This document shows positions 51,401 to 61,300 of a DNA stretch of 64,000 bases, piece by piece. The position numbers and the translations under genes are program-made. The notes beneath the pieces are model-generated. The model had not been told where the DNA came from and did no database searches. It saw nothing but the letters and a program-made list of their open reading frames with translations. Within the stretch, counting starts at the first letter, position 1. Every line of letters begins with the position of its first letter. The DNA is from Promethearchaeota archaeon (GTDB lineage: Archaea > Asgardarchaeota > Lokiarchaeia > Sigyniarchaeales > SOKP01): assembly GCA_016840165.1 (NCBI GenBank), contig JAEOSU010000050.1:1-64000 (forward strand), read 5' to 3'.

Positions 51401-54400
51401 TTATTTCTTGCGTTTTTGTATAAATATCAATCCAATTATGGAAATTGTCATAATAATCAAAAATGAACTTCCAAACGGAATACTTGGAGGAGGTTCAACG
51501 GGATTATCTTCTTGAATTGTTAGCTTTACAGTGTCAGTGGCAAAATTTCCCGCAAGATCAGTGAAATTGATAGTAAATAAGTGCTCTCCCACTGATAATC
51601 CCTCTGGAATGGTATAAGTTACATTATTTCCACTCGTCCAAAGTGTGGGACCCGCTACGATACCATGACCTTCATGTTCGACAGTAAATGTAGCTGGATG
51701 AGCATCGGTTGCAATCCAAACGAAACACTCATCAGTATATCCCGTAAAACACCCATAATCTTCTGGAGCATAAGTAATCACAGGATCTACCGTATCACCT
51801 ACAGTGAATTTAACTGTATCAATTATGAAATTTTCATAATCATCCGTAAAATTGATGGTGTAATAATATTCTCCGAATGGGAGTCCATCCGGTATTCCGT
51901 AATTAACTGCAACTCCACTAGACCACGCTGTTGGACCTGCTACGATTCCAGAACCTTGAAGTTCAATAGTATAGGTATTAGGATTATCATCAGTTGCCAT
52001 CCATTGTAAATTCACTCCCGTGTATCCTAGCTCAACAGCAATATCACTTGGAGCATCTGTAATGATAGGATCTTCTATATCTTCAACGGTAAACTTTACG
52101 GTATCTGTGATAAAATGCCCATAATCATCCGTAAAATTGATAGTGTAAAAATATTCTCCTAAACCAAATCCCTCTGGGACGTTATAAATAATCGGTATTC
52201 CACTAGACCACGCCGTTGAATCTACTACGTTTCCAGAACCTTGAAGTTCAATTGTATAATTATAGGGATTTTCATCAGTTACCGTCCATTGAAAATTCAC
52301 GCCAGAATATCCTAATCCAACTATTTTGTCGACTGGAGTGAAGGTAATCACAGGATTTTCTGTATCTTGAATAGTAACCTCTACCGTATCAGTTGCAAAA
52401 TTACCGTTATCATCCGTGAAATTGATCGTGTACGTATAAGTACCCACTCCTAATCCATCAGGAATATCATAGGACACTTCAACTCCACTAGACCAGGAAG
52501 TTGGACCCGCCACGTTTCCAGAGCCTTGAAGTTCAATAGTATAGGTACTAGGATTATCATCAGTAGCCGTCCATGAGATATCCTTTTCGGTATAACCACA
52601 TTCGAGAATCAAGTCACTCGGGTTTTCAGTAATGATTGGATCATCTAGATCAGCTCTCTCTCTGATTTGAACAACCACTAAACCTTGAGAACGACTAGCC
52701 ACAAATGCATAATCACCGTCTACATATACTCCAGTACACTCATCTATCGTATCTGAATCAGTAGAAGAACCAGTCCTGTAATCTATTACTGTTAATCTAT
52801 CTGAACTAGCAATATATGCATAATAACCACTCACATAAACTTTATTGGCGCTTATTCCTAAAGTACCTATTCTTCCTGCTAATACAGGAACAAGAGGATT
52901 GGATATATCAATTAGGTTTAAAACACCTCCATGAACATTACTATGTTCCGCTATAAAAGCGTAATCACCATAAACATCTACTCCATGAGCATAATAAACT
53001 GGATCTATATAAATCGGATCTCCTGGTGTAGTTGGATCAGTGATATCGATGATTGCTAACCCATCAGCACCAACGGTCATATAGGCATAATCTCCATCTA
53101 TCTTGACATCAGTTGCATACCCTATTGTACTCTTCTGCCCGACTAATACGGGAGTGGTCGGGTCACTGATATCTATGACTGCTAAGCCGTAAATACCATT
53201 TGCCACATAGGCATAATCACCGCTTATATCTACAGCTTTTGCATAACCATCAGTATCTACGTAAGTCGGAGCTCCTGGCGAGGTTGGATTCCTGATATCG
53301 ATAATCGCTAAGCCCGAATAACTAGAGGCTACATAGGCATAATTTCCATCGACATTCACATCCCATGCATAATCAGTTGTATTCATGTTAATCACTGTTT
53401 CTGGTGCAAAAGGTTCAAAAATATCAACCACAGTCAACCCTTGGTCATAATCTGCAATAAAAGCGTAATTTCCATCAATGCAGACTTGATTTGTCTCTCC
53501 CATTGTAATTTCATTATCGATTATTAAAGGGTCAATATTTTTAGATATATCCACAACTGCTAAGCCTACACTGCCAGATATATAAGCATGATTTCCTTCT
53601 ATACATATCCCTCTTGCCCATCCATCAATATCTTTATAAGCAATGTGATTTGGAAAAGGTGGATACATTATATCAATAAGTCCCATTCCATATACATCAA
53701 TAGTATATGCATAATCCCCTATAATAGAAACATCTATAACGCTGTAAGTATCCTCATAAACAGGAGTTCCTGGGTTTGTAGGATTTCCCACATAGATATA
53801 TGCTAATCCAGCACTTCCAACCGCAACAAAAGCATTATCACCGCTTACATACAAAGATTGAGCGTATCCGTTTGCAGGTTCATTCGCCGCTATTCCAGGA
53901 CTGCTGGGATCAGAAACATCAATTACAGTCAAACCAGCATTTCCATCTGCAATATATGCATAATTACCGCTTACGTATACTCCATTAGCCACATCAAATG
54001 TTGTTATATTAACAGGAATCCCTGGACTGGTTGGATCAGAAATATCTATAATCGCTAAACCATTATTATCATCCGCAACATATGCGTAGTTGCCGCTTAC
54101 ATATACATCCCAAGCACATTCAGTATAGACATTAGCAACTAATACTGGATGTTCAGGATCGGAAACATCAATAATCGCTAGGCCATTTTTACTCATTCCG
54201 TTATATGCCACATATGCATAATTTCCACTTACATATACAGCCTGAGCCCACCCAGATGGTATATCCTCGTAAATGGGAGCTCCCGGGTTGGTAGGATCTG
54301 AGATATCAATTACCGCTAATCCTTTCCAATCATCTGCTATGTAAGCGTAATCACCACTCACATATACATCATAACCCCCACCTTCCGTCTCTCTATAATA

Positions 54401-54571
54401 AATATAAGAATTTTTGAGATTATCCTGTTCGAAATCTTCTATCTTTGCTAAAAAATCGAATTCTCCTTGAATCACATTGGTAAAAATGGGGAGGAGAAAT
54501 AATACTAAAGTTAGAATTAGAATAGTTCTTGATTTTCGTTTTTTATTTATTGTATATTTAATTATTATCAA
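51401..54571 (-). CDS. surface protein: LVIVD repeats + four Ig-like repeats + C-terminal IPFG-TM-basic anchor
   Basis: Many VSGNYAYVA..GLAIIDISDP repeats; W.ATD.NP.TYTIE..GPT.WSSG..GEY.YTINFTD x4; IPFG...KRKK. Confidence 0.92.
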   Translation of the reverse strand: MIIIKYTINKKRKSRTILILTLVLFLLPIFTNVIQGEFDFLAKIEDFEQDNLKNSYIYYRETEGGGYDVYVSGDYAYIADDWKGLAVIDISDPTNPGAPIYEDIPSGWAQAVYVSGNYAYVAYNGMSKNGLAIIDVSDPEHPVLVANVYTECAWDVYVSGNYAYVADDNNGLAIIDISDPTSPGIPVNITTFDVANGVYVSGNYAYIADGNAGLTVIDVSDPSSPGIAANEPANGYAQSLYVSGDNAFVAVGSAGLAYIYVGNPTNPGTPVYEDTYSVIDVSIIGDYAYTIDVYGMGLIDIMYPPFPNHIAYKDIDGWARGICIEGNHAYISGSVGLAVVDISKNIDPLIIDNEITMGETNQVCIDGNYAFIADYDQGLTVVDIFEPFAPETVINMNTTDYAWDVNVDGNYAYVASSYSGLAIIDIRNPTSPGAPTYVDTDGYAKAVDISGDYAYVANGIYGLAVIDISDPTTPVLVGQKSTIGYATDVKIDGDYAYMTVGADGLAIIDITDPTTPGDPIYIDPVYYAHGVDVYGDYAFIAEHSNVHGGVLNLIDISNPLVPVLAGRIGTLGISANKVYVSGYYAYIASSDRLTVIDYRTGSSTDSDTIDECTGVYVDGDYAFVASRSQGLVVVQIRERADLDDPIITENPSDLILECGYTEKDISWTATDDNPSTYTIELQGSGNVAGPTSWSSGVEVSYDIPDGLGVGTYTYTINFTDDNGNFATDTVEVTIQDTENPVITFTPVDKIVGLGYSGVNFQWTVTDENPYNYTIELQGSGNVVDSTAWSSGIPIIYNVPEGFGLGEYFYTINFTDDYGHFITDTVKFTVEDIEDPIITDAPSDIAVELGYTGVNLQWMATDDNPNTYTIELQGSGIVAGPTAWSSGVAVNYGIPDGLPFGEYYYTINFTDDYENFIIDTVKFTVGDTVDPVITYAPEDYGCFTGYTDECFVWIATDAHPATFTVEHEGHGIVAGPTLWTSGNNVTYTIPEGLSVGEHLFTINFTDLAGNFATDTVKLTIQEDNPVEPPPSIPFGSSFLIIMTISIIGLIFIQKRKK

Positions 54572-55109
54572 CTCATTTTTTCATTGTAAATTGTTCTTAG
54601 GCATCAAAATGATGCTTTAATGGGAAATCAAGCTTTTTTACATATATGGTTATAGTTTCAATAATTTCATGAAACTTTTATTGGCACATGAAATTTTTAA
54701 TTCAATTTTATCAAAATGAGGTGAAATAATCAAAGATTTGCTATTTCTATTTCAGGCTTATGGTTCATATTTATTTACTATAAACGGTTGCCTAGATAGC
54801 AATAGTAAATCCGAGGACTATACACAATACGATTGATCGATTTATGCGCGAAAGTCTTTAATAGATCTTTCCTTAACGAAGATTCAGCTTTCAAAATGCA
54901 TCTAGTTTTGTATTAATAATTTAATGCAAATAAAGGAAAATAAAAAAAAGGTGTTTGTTTGTTGGATTTAACTATGATATAGACTCACAATTATGACCAT
55001 AGCTCCAATAGTTTTATAAAAATTCCATGATTACATGAAAGTTTCAACAGAAAATATAAATAAATCCTACATTGATATATAATTTAATAGATCTAACTTA
55101 TGTGATTCT

Positions 55110-57029
55110 ATGTCGACAGGAAATATAAATTACCCTCCAAAAAATATTTATGACCCTTCTAGCGAAAAAAGTCCGGACTACGATCATCTTATCTTATGGA
55201 TGTTGTGCAACAATAAGAGTTGTACATGGGCGGATTTTAATGAAGAACCAATGAAAATCCCTGGAGGAACATTATCGAGACATTTGAAAAAGTTAATGGC
55301 TTTAGATTATATCGAAAAAATTTCAAGAGGGTTATATAAGATCACCTCAGAAGGTAAAAAGAAATTTCATGAACTTTCTAGTGCGAAAAGAAAGATTAGA
55401 AGGCTCAATTATCCTCCAAGAATAATTTTGAGAAGGGGAAGAAATTATGATCATTGGATTCTCTGGATGGTCTATAACAATAGATATTGTAAAAGAAGTG
55501 ACTTCATCAAAAGTCCACTTTCTATTAACCAATCATCTTTATCAAAGAGTCTGAACAGTTTAAGTATGAAAGGTTTTGTCATAAAACAAGATTCTAAATA
55601 TCTAATTACTCAATCAGGAAAGGTAGAATATTCTAAAATGCTCGAAAATTATGACTTGGACCGACAGACCATCTTAGAAGAAGAAAGTAAGCGAATAAGA
55701 GAAATGACGGACAAAACGCTAGATTTTTTCAATAAATACCGTATCGTTGATAAACACATCCAACTCCAGTTTCTTAAAATGCTTTTAGATTTTAGTTTTG
55801 ATAAGGTAAAACCCTTACTAAAAAGTGAAGAGAATTTTCATAAAATATTACTTTATTTCGCGATGAATAATCCAAATCGATATCCTGAGTATATTTCGCG
55901 AGAAGAATTTTCAAAGTTTTATAAAATTAAACAAACTACTTTGGATTATTACCTAACGGAAATTTGTGAGGGAAAAATCTATCCTGTTCGATTCTTTGAA
56001 TTAAAAAGCCTTTCTGGGGAAATATATTATCTTCAGACTGGGGAAAAGTTAGAGAAATTGTTGAGGATTATAACCCAAGAACATATCGCTAATTCTACCT
56101 ACATAAATGAATTACAATCAAATAAAGAGAAACAGTCAGTTATAAGCATTATTGATGAGGTTGTAAATAAGATATTAGATGAATCTTGCGGAACAATACT
56201 TCATACTGATTTCGAAGAAGCATTACGTGAGTTACTTCCAAGCTATATCCAATATCTTACCTATAAAATAGAAAGCAAAAAAGAAATGATAGATTCATAT
56301 GATAAAATAGAACATATAATATGGCAGAATATTGCAGAAGTCTTTGAACAAGAAGCTCGTCACGTACTCCGAGATCAATATGAGGAAAAGATCGAGGAGA
56401 TCGATAGGCTTCTTGAATCGGATCCTCTCAATTACGATTTATATAATATGAAACTTAGCACTCTGATTTATTTTAATCAATACAATACAATATTGAGTTT
56501 ATTGGACGAGATGCTTGATCTTTTTCCTAATAAAGAAATTAATCTCAGGTTGAAAAAGGCATCAATTTTGAAGAAAATGAAGGATCCCGAAGGAGGATTA
56601 GAAATAATTGAAGACCTCAATAATAAATATCCTAAAAATCATGAACTTCAAAATTTTCAGGCTCATTGGTTAAAATATTTAGATAAGCGGGATGAAGCGG
56701 TAAAAATTATTAAAAATTTGATCAAAAATGAACCTGAAAATGGATTTTATTATGATAGCTATGGTGAGGTATTAATGTATTTTGAAGAGTATCAAGAAGC
56801 TATTAAAAAATTCGGAAAAGCTCTTTCTCTTGATCCTAAAGCGTGGTATGCCTACCAAACATATAGTAAGTTGGGGATTTGCTATAAAACATTAGGAAAG
56901 GACGATTTAGCATCGCGTGATTTAACTAAAGCCAAAGAAATTATTAAGCATTCTGCGGAAAGCATTAGTACCGATACCAGACAACAATGGCTTACTATTA
57001 TTAATCTTTTCCTCGGAAATGAAGATTAG
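55110..57029 (+). CDS. duplicated winged-helix + C-terminal TPR protein (probable regulator)
   Basis: YPP..YDH.ILWM..NN..C...DF module twice; TPR tail. Confidence 0.8.
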   Translation: MSTGNINYPPKNIYDPSSEKSPDYDHLILWMLCNNKSCTWADFNEEPMKIPGGTLSRHLKKLMALDYIEKISRGLYKITSEGKKKFHELSSAKRKIRRLNYPPRIILRRGRNYDHWILWMVYNNRYCKRSDFIKSPLSINQSSLSKSLNSLSMKGFVIKQDSKYLITQSGKVEYSKMLENYDLDRQTILEEESKRIREMTDKTLDFFNKYRIVDKHIQLQFLKMLLDFSFDKVKPLLKSEENFHKILLYFAMNNPNRYPEYISREEFSKFYKIKQTTLDYYLTEICEGKIYPVRFFELKSLSGEIYYLQTGEKLEKLLRIITQEHIANSTYINELQSNKEKQSVISIIDEVVNKILDESCGTILHTDFEEALRELLPSYIQYLTYKIESKKEMIDSYDKIEHIIWQNIAEVFEQEARHVLRDQYEEKIEEIDRLLESDPLNYDLYNMKLSTLIYFNQYNTILSLLDEMLDLFPNKEINLRLKKASILKKMKDPEGGLEIIEDLNNKYPKNHELQNFQAHWLKYLDKRDEAVKIIKNLIKNEPENGFYYDSYGEVLMYFEEYQEAIKKFGKALSLDPKAWYAYQTYSKLGICYKTLGKDDLASRDLTKAKEIIKHSAESISTDTRQQWLTIINLFLGNED

Positions 57030-57050
57030 TGGTAAATGACCATTTTCATA

Positions 57051-58082
57051 TTAAAGATGAAATTCCGTCCCTACTACTCCTAATGTATGCGCAGGATGAT
57101 CAGACATTAACTTGTTAAAATTAAAGCCTGTACAATGCATCCCACATATGATCTCTGGATCGATCTCTTTAAAATATTCCACCTTATTCTTGACCTTATC
57201 TATTGGATTCCATTCTTCATGAAATCCGCCTATAACTGCGTATACCTTGTTGATACCGGTCAATTTCTGTCCGTGTTTAATGGTATTTTGAATACCACAA
57301 TGACCGCATCCAGTAAGTATGACCAAACCTTTATCTTTTATGTTAAAATAAAGTGCTGTTTCATCACGAAATGTGTGTTCTTCAAAATCTTTTCTTCCTT
57401 TCTGGAGGTAGATATTTTTTGTTACTTCATCTGGATCAAAGAGTTCAATCTCACCACTTGTTACAATCCCTTTATATAACTCGACTGGTTCATTTGTTTC
57501 AATCATTTTGATTTTGTTTTGTTCCGCTAGATCAACCACCATCTTTTTATTAAGAAGTGGTAATTTTTTGCTCCCTCTTATTCTTCCTTCCTTCTCTAAT
57601 TCTTTTAATCCGAGCGAGAGTTCTTCCTTGGAAAGTTCTTCTCCTGGCTTTTGTATTATTATAACCGTTTGGGCATAACATTTCGGGTTGAAGATAAATT
57701 CCGTCCCTGCATTTAATTGAGGAAGCAAGCTTAATAGCCCCCCGAAATGGTCGAAATGCCCATGAGTAAGGATTAGTTTCTCAACTTCAGTTAAATCCAC
57801 CCCTAATTGTTTCGAATTTTCAAATATGGATTGAGTTAAGCTTCCTGTATCCATTAAAAATAAGTGTTTGGAATCATTATCCTCTATTTCAATGGCCATT
57901 GATAGACCATGCTCCCCAACAACTCTATTAGCAGCAATATTTGGTTGAATGACCTTACCTTTGAATTTCTCTTCGGTTAAAACTGTTATGCTCGTAAGGT
58001 TATTAGTCAATACTTTTAAACTTACTTTACCTGATTCAATATTACTTGAAAAAACTGCCATATCTTTATCACTAATAATCAA
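57051..58082 (-). CDS. metallo-beta-lactamase-fold hydrolase (7,8-dihydropterin-6-yl-methyl-RFA-P synthase-like)
   Basis: EHGLS, DTG, THGHFDHFGG, TGCGH, GGFH, HCTG. Confidence 0.9.
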   Translation of the reverse strand: MIISDKDMAVFSSNIESGKVSLKVLTNNLTSITVLTEEKFKGKVIQPNIAANRVVGEHGLSMAIEIEDNDSKHLFLMDTGSLTQSIFENSKQLGVDLTEVEKLILTHGHFDHFGGLLSLLPQLNAGTEFIFNPKCYAQTVIIIQKPGEELSKEELSLGLKELEKEGRIRGSKKLPLLNKKMVVDLAEQNKIKMIETNEPVELYKGIVTSGEIELFDPDEVTKNIYLQKGRKDFEEHTFRDETALYFNIKDKGLVILTGCGHCGIQNTIKHGQKLTGINKVYAVIGGFHEEWNPIDKVKNKVEYFKEIDPEIICGMHCTGFNFNKLMSDHPAHTLGVVGTEFHL

Positions 58083-58216
58083 AAATTTTATATGAATAAT
58101 TATGCATAAAAATATATCATCTATAGTCTTTAAAAATATGATTTTTAACTAAGATTTTATATAAGAAATCTAAACCGTGTGAAGCAAGATACTTTTTATA
58201 CAAATATAACCAATAC

Positions 58217-58954
58217 TTGAATAATATAATTTTTAGATTTAATATGATAATTATGAAATTACGAGAAAAAATCAATAATCTAAGAAAGCTCTTATTCGAT
58301 AGACTTATTAATTATAAAATGGTAAGGATTTCTACGATTGCGGTCATTTTAGTTTACATTCCATTAATTATTATCGGTATTATTATTGCTGCATATTTCG
58401 ATCCCGATGGTTATTCGATTTTAACCAATTGGATAAGTGATCTTGGGGGAAGTCCCCATACTCCTGCTCCCTATTTATATGACATCGCATGTATAGTGGC
58501 TGGTACTCTGACAATACCTTTGACTTTTTATATGGAAAACTTATTAGCTCCATTGCCAAAAAGACAAGGAAGTCAAATACATTATTCTCGCATGAGATTT
58601 CGATTAGTAAGCTCTGCGTTTCTTGTTAATTTAATTGGAAATATTGGTTATATTGGTGTTGGTATATTTAGTGAAAATCGGGATTATTATAATCTCCATA
58701 CCATTACTTCAAGTCTAGCTTTTGGAGGGTTTACATTAGGCGCATTTTTCATGGGTTGGGTAATTGTTCTTTATGATACTAAAATCCCTAAATTACTTGG
58801 TATTTATGGAATTGTTGGACCTTTAACCACGATTATCATCTTTCTTCTAATAAACAATCCCCTATGGGAATGGTTGCTTTTATTTTCGATACTCGCATGG
58901 ATAATTCCGCTCTCCTTGATTGTCTTTAACAAACAAGAATTAAAGCCACAATAA
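58217..58954 (+). CDS. DUF998-like membrane protein
   Basis: YSILTNWISDLG, GVGIFSE, H. Confidence 0.8.
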   Translation: MNNIIFRFNMIIMKLREKINNLRKLLFDRLINYKMVRISTIAVILVYIPLIIIGIIIAAYFDPDGYSILTNWISDLGGSPHTPAPYLYDIACIVAGTLTIPLTFYMENLLAPLPKRQGSQIHYSRMRFRLVSSAFLVNLIGNIGYIGVGIFSENRDYYNLHTITSSLAFGGFTLGAFFMGWVIVLYDTKIPKLLGIYGIVGPLTTIIIFLLINNPLWEWLLLFSILAWIIPLSLIVFNKQELKPQ

Positions 58955-58980
58955 TTAATATCTTAGATCATAATTTTTCT

Positions 58981-59709
58981 TCAAAAACTCCCAAAAAAGT
59001 ATTCCATGGCAGTATTTCGAGCCTTCTTAAGATGATTATTTACTGCGGTCTCCGAAATGTTAAAATGGTCAGCAATTCGTTTCGCACTTATTTTCTTGGG
59101 AGTTCTAAAATATCCATTTCTTGCGGCATAGGTGGCAATATCTATCTGTCTGTTAGTGAATTTAGGGTATGGAATTGCTGATTTCCAAATGCTATCATCG
59201 TATTGGTCAATCTTATCCAGATCAACCATACTTATTATTTTGTAGTTTTGAGTAAAAGAGTCTAAAATTTTATAGAGTTGAGTTAGATATTCCTCTTGAG
59301 ATATTATATTTATTAATAACAATTCTTGAGAAATATGTATAGGAAATAAGAATGCCCAAGGACCAGAATCTACAATCGGGAAGAATCCAGAAGTTTTATT
59401 TTGATTCATGATACAAATAATTTCATTTTCAAATTTGCTTAATAGTTGGAAAGACTGGGGTTTGAAATGAAGATCGATAAAATCATTCAAATTTATCTTT
59501 ATATCCGCTTTAAACCTGATTTTTTGTAGTGCAAAAAAATGGGTTTGATCATATTGAAACGCATTAAGAATTTCAACAAATTCTAGTTCTTGAAAGAGCT
59601 CAGCGAATCCTACATATTCTAAAAAGTTGCCAGGAATTTGTAAGCGTATAATTTTCATAATATATATTAATGACAAAGAAATCTGACTAAAAAAATGTTG
59701 TGATCGCAA
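58981..59709 (-). CDS. HTH_10 (Bat-type) transcriptional regulator
   Basis: TNRQ..A.RNGYFRTPKKI...HLKKA. Confidence 0.88.
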   Translation of the reverse strand: MRSQHFFSQISLSLIYIMKIIRLQIPGNFLEYVGFAELFQELEFVEILNAFQYDQTHFFALQKIRFKADIKINLNDFIDLHFKPQSFQLLSKFENEIICIMNQNKTSGFFPIVDSGPWAFLFPIHISQELLLINIISQEEYLTQLYKILDSFTQNYKIISMVDLDKIDQYDDSIWKSAIPYPKFTNRQIDIATYAARNGYFRTPKKISAKRIADHFNISETAVNNHLKKARNTAMEYFFGSF

Positions 59710-59784
59710 CCTCAGAACTCATTAGACCCCATTAATTTATTAATAATATAGAATATCGGAATCAATAGTTAGAATTAAAACATT

Positions 59785-60930
59785 ATGTATGAAAAGGAGA
59801 AGAATGAATTGAATATTTTAATAACTGGAGCTTTTGGAAATGTTGGGTTAAGTACTTTAAAGGAATTAATTAATCGTAATTATAATATTAGAATCTTTGA
59901 GGTTCCCAATAAAAAAAATAAGAAAATTTCACGAAAATATAGAAACAAAGTTGAGATATTTTGGGGAGATATTCGAAGAAGGGATGATGTTGCTCATGCA
60001 ATCAAAGATCAAGATATAATTATTCACTTAGCTGCCATTATTCCTCCCTTAGCAGATGAAAATCCCGAATTAGCCAATGAAGTCAATGTGGATGGAACGT
60101 TTAACTTAGTAAAAGAAATGAAATCTCAAAACTATACACCAAAATTGATATTTACCTCTTCGATTGCGGTATATGGAGATAGACGAGAAAACCCAATGAT
60201 TAGAGTGGATGATCCCTTGCTTCCTAGTGAAGGAGATACTTATGCCCGAAGTAAAATTAAAGCAGAAACTTTAATTAGAAAATCTGGTCTGTCTTATTCA
60301 ATATTTCGTTTAACTTATATAACTTCGGTGAATAAATTGGATATGGACCCTCTCATGTTTCATATGCCTTTAGATACTCCAATTGAGATTTGTGATACCA
60401 AGGATGTTGGCTTAGCTTTAGTGAATGCTATACATTGTCCCGATATATGGGGAAAGACCTTGAACATTGCAGGAGGTAAGAATTGCAGAACCTACTATAA
60501 TAATTATATAGATAAAATGATGGAATTATTTGGCTTAGGGAATAATTTCTTACCGGATACTGCATACGCTAAATCTGATTTCCATTGTGGCTATATGGAT
60601 ACTAAACAATCTCAAAATTTATTAAAGTATCAAAGACATAGTTTAGAGGATTATTATAATGAAGTCAAAAAGAAGATTGGCTTAAAAAGATATTTTACGC
60701 CTATAATTAGATGGATGATAAGATTACATCTACTAAGAAAGTCCTATTATTATCAAAGATTTAAATTTTTTAAAAAGAAAACTGGAGCATTTTCTATATT
60801 AGAAAATAAGTTAATTAGAAAATTGTTAGCCAATAACTATAATAAGATAACTTCTCTTGAACAAAAAGTAAAAGAATTAGAAAATATCATTCAAAATTTA
60901 AATAAGATGAAGGTTAGTATAAACGAATAA
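59785..60930 (+). CDS. NAD-dependent epimerase/dehydratase
   Basis: ITGAFGNVG, HLAA, TSSIAVYG, YARSK. Confidence 0.92.
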   Translation: MYEKEKNELNILITGAFGNVGLSTLKELINRNYNIRIFEVPNKKNKKISRKYRNKVEIFWGDIRRRDDVAHAIKDQDIIIHLAAIIPPLADENPELANEVNVDGTFNLVKEMKSQNYTPKLIFTSSIAVYGDRRENPMIRVDDPLLPSEGDTYARSKIKAETLIRKSGLSYSIFRLTYITSVNKLDMDPLMFHMPLDTPIEICDTKDVGLALVNAIHCPDIWGKTLNIAGGKNCRTYYNNYIDKMMELFGLGNNFLPDTAYAKSDFHCGYMDTKQSQNLLKYQRHSLEDYYNEVKKKIGLKRYFTPIIRWMIRLHLLRKSYYYQRFKFFKKKTGAFSILENKLIRKLLANNYNKITSLEQKVKELENIIQNLNKMKVSINE

Positions 60931-61075
60931 TTATTTGACAATTTTAAACCTTCATTGATATAATTTATAGGATTTCAAGTTTTAAGCCAAAATTCTTAAT
61001 AATTAAAAGGAAAGTTTTTTTTGATCAATAGCTCGTTTAAGTCGAAGTTTTGTTAGACTCTGGGAAATAATCCTA

Positions 61076-61115
61076 ATAGGTTATATCGCATTTGTAAAAA
61101 TGACGAGTAACCTAT
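61076..61115. other. stem-loop with GNRA tetraloop upstream of hdrA
   Basis: ATAGGTTA/TAACCTAT, TCG/CGA, CATTT-GTAA-AAATG. Confidence 0.5.
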
Positions 61116-61300
61116 GGTATATAAATTAATAAATATAAATATCTTTAAACTTAAAATAATTAATATAGAAATAATATAGAACTAATATTTTCGAGCTAAG
61201 AAAATAAAAATATTTAAGAATTCTAATAAAATTAGTGTAACTTTCATGAATTCGAATATTTAGACAGTAATGTATAAGAAGAGGTGTAAAAACTCAAGAA

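Noticed and set aside
51401-54400. Periodic repeats as a CRISPR array or mobile element
   Set aside because: They are degenerate in-frame protein repeats (LVIVD, Ig-like), not repeat-spacer units
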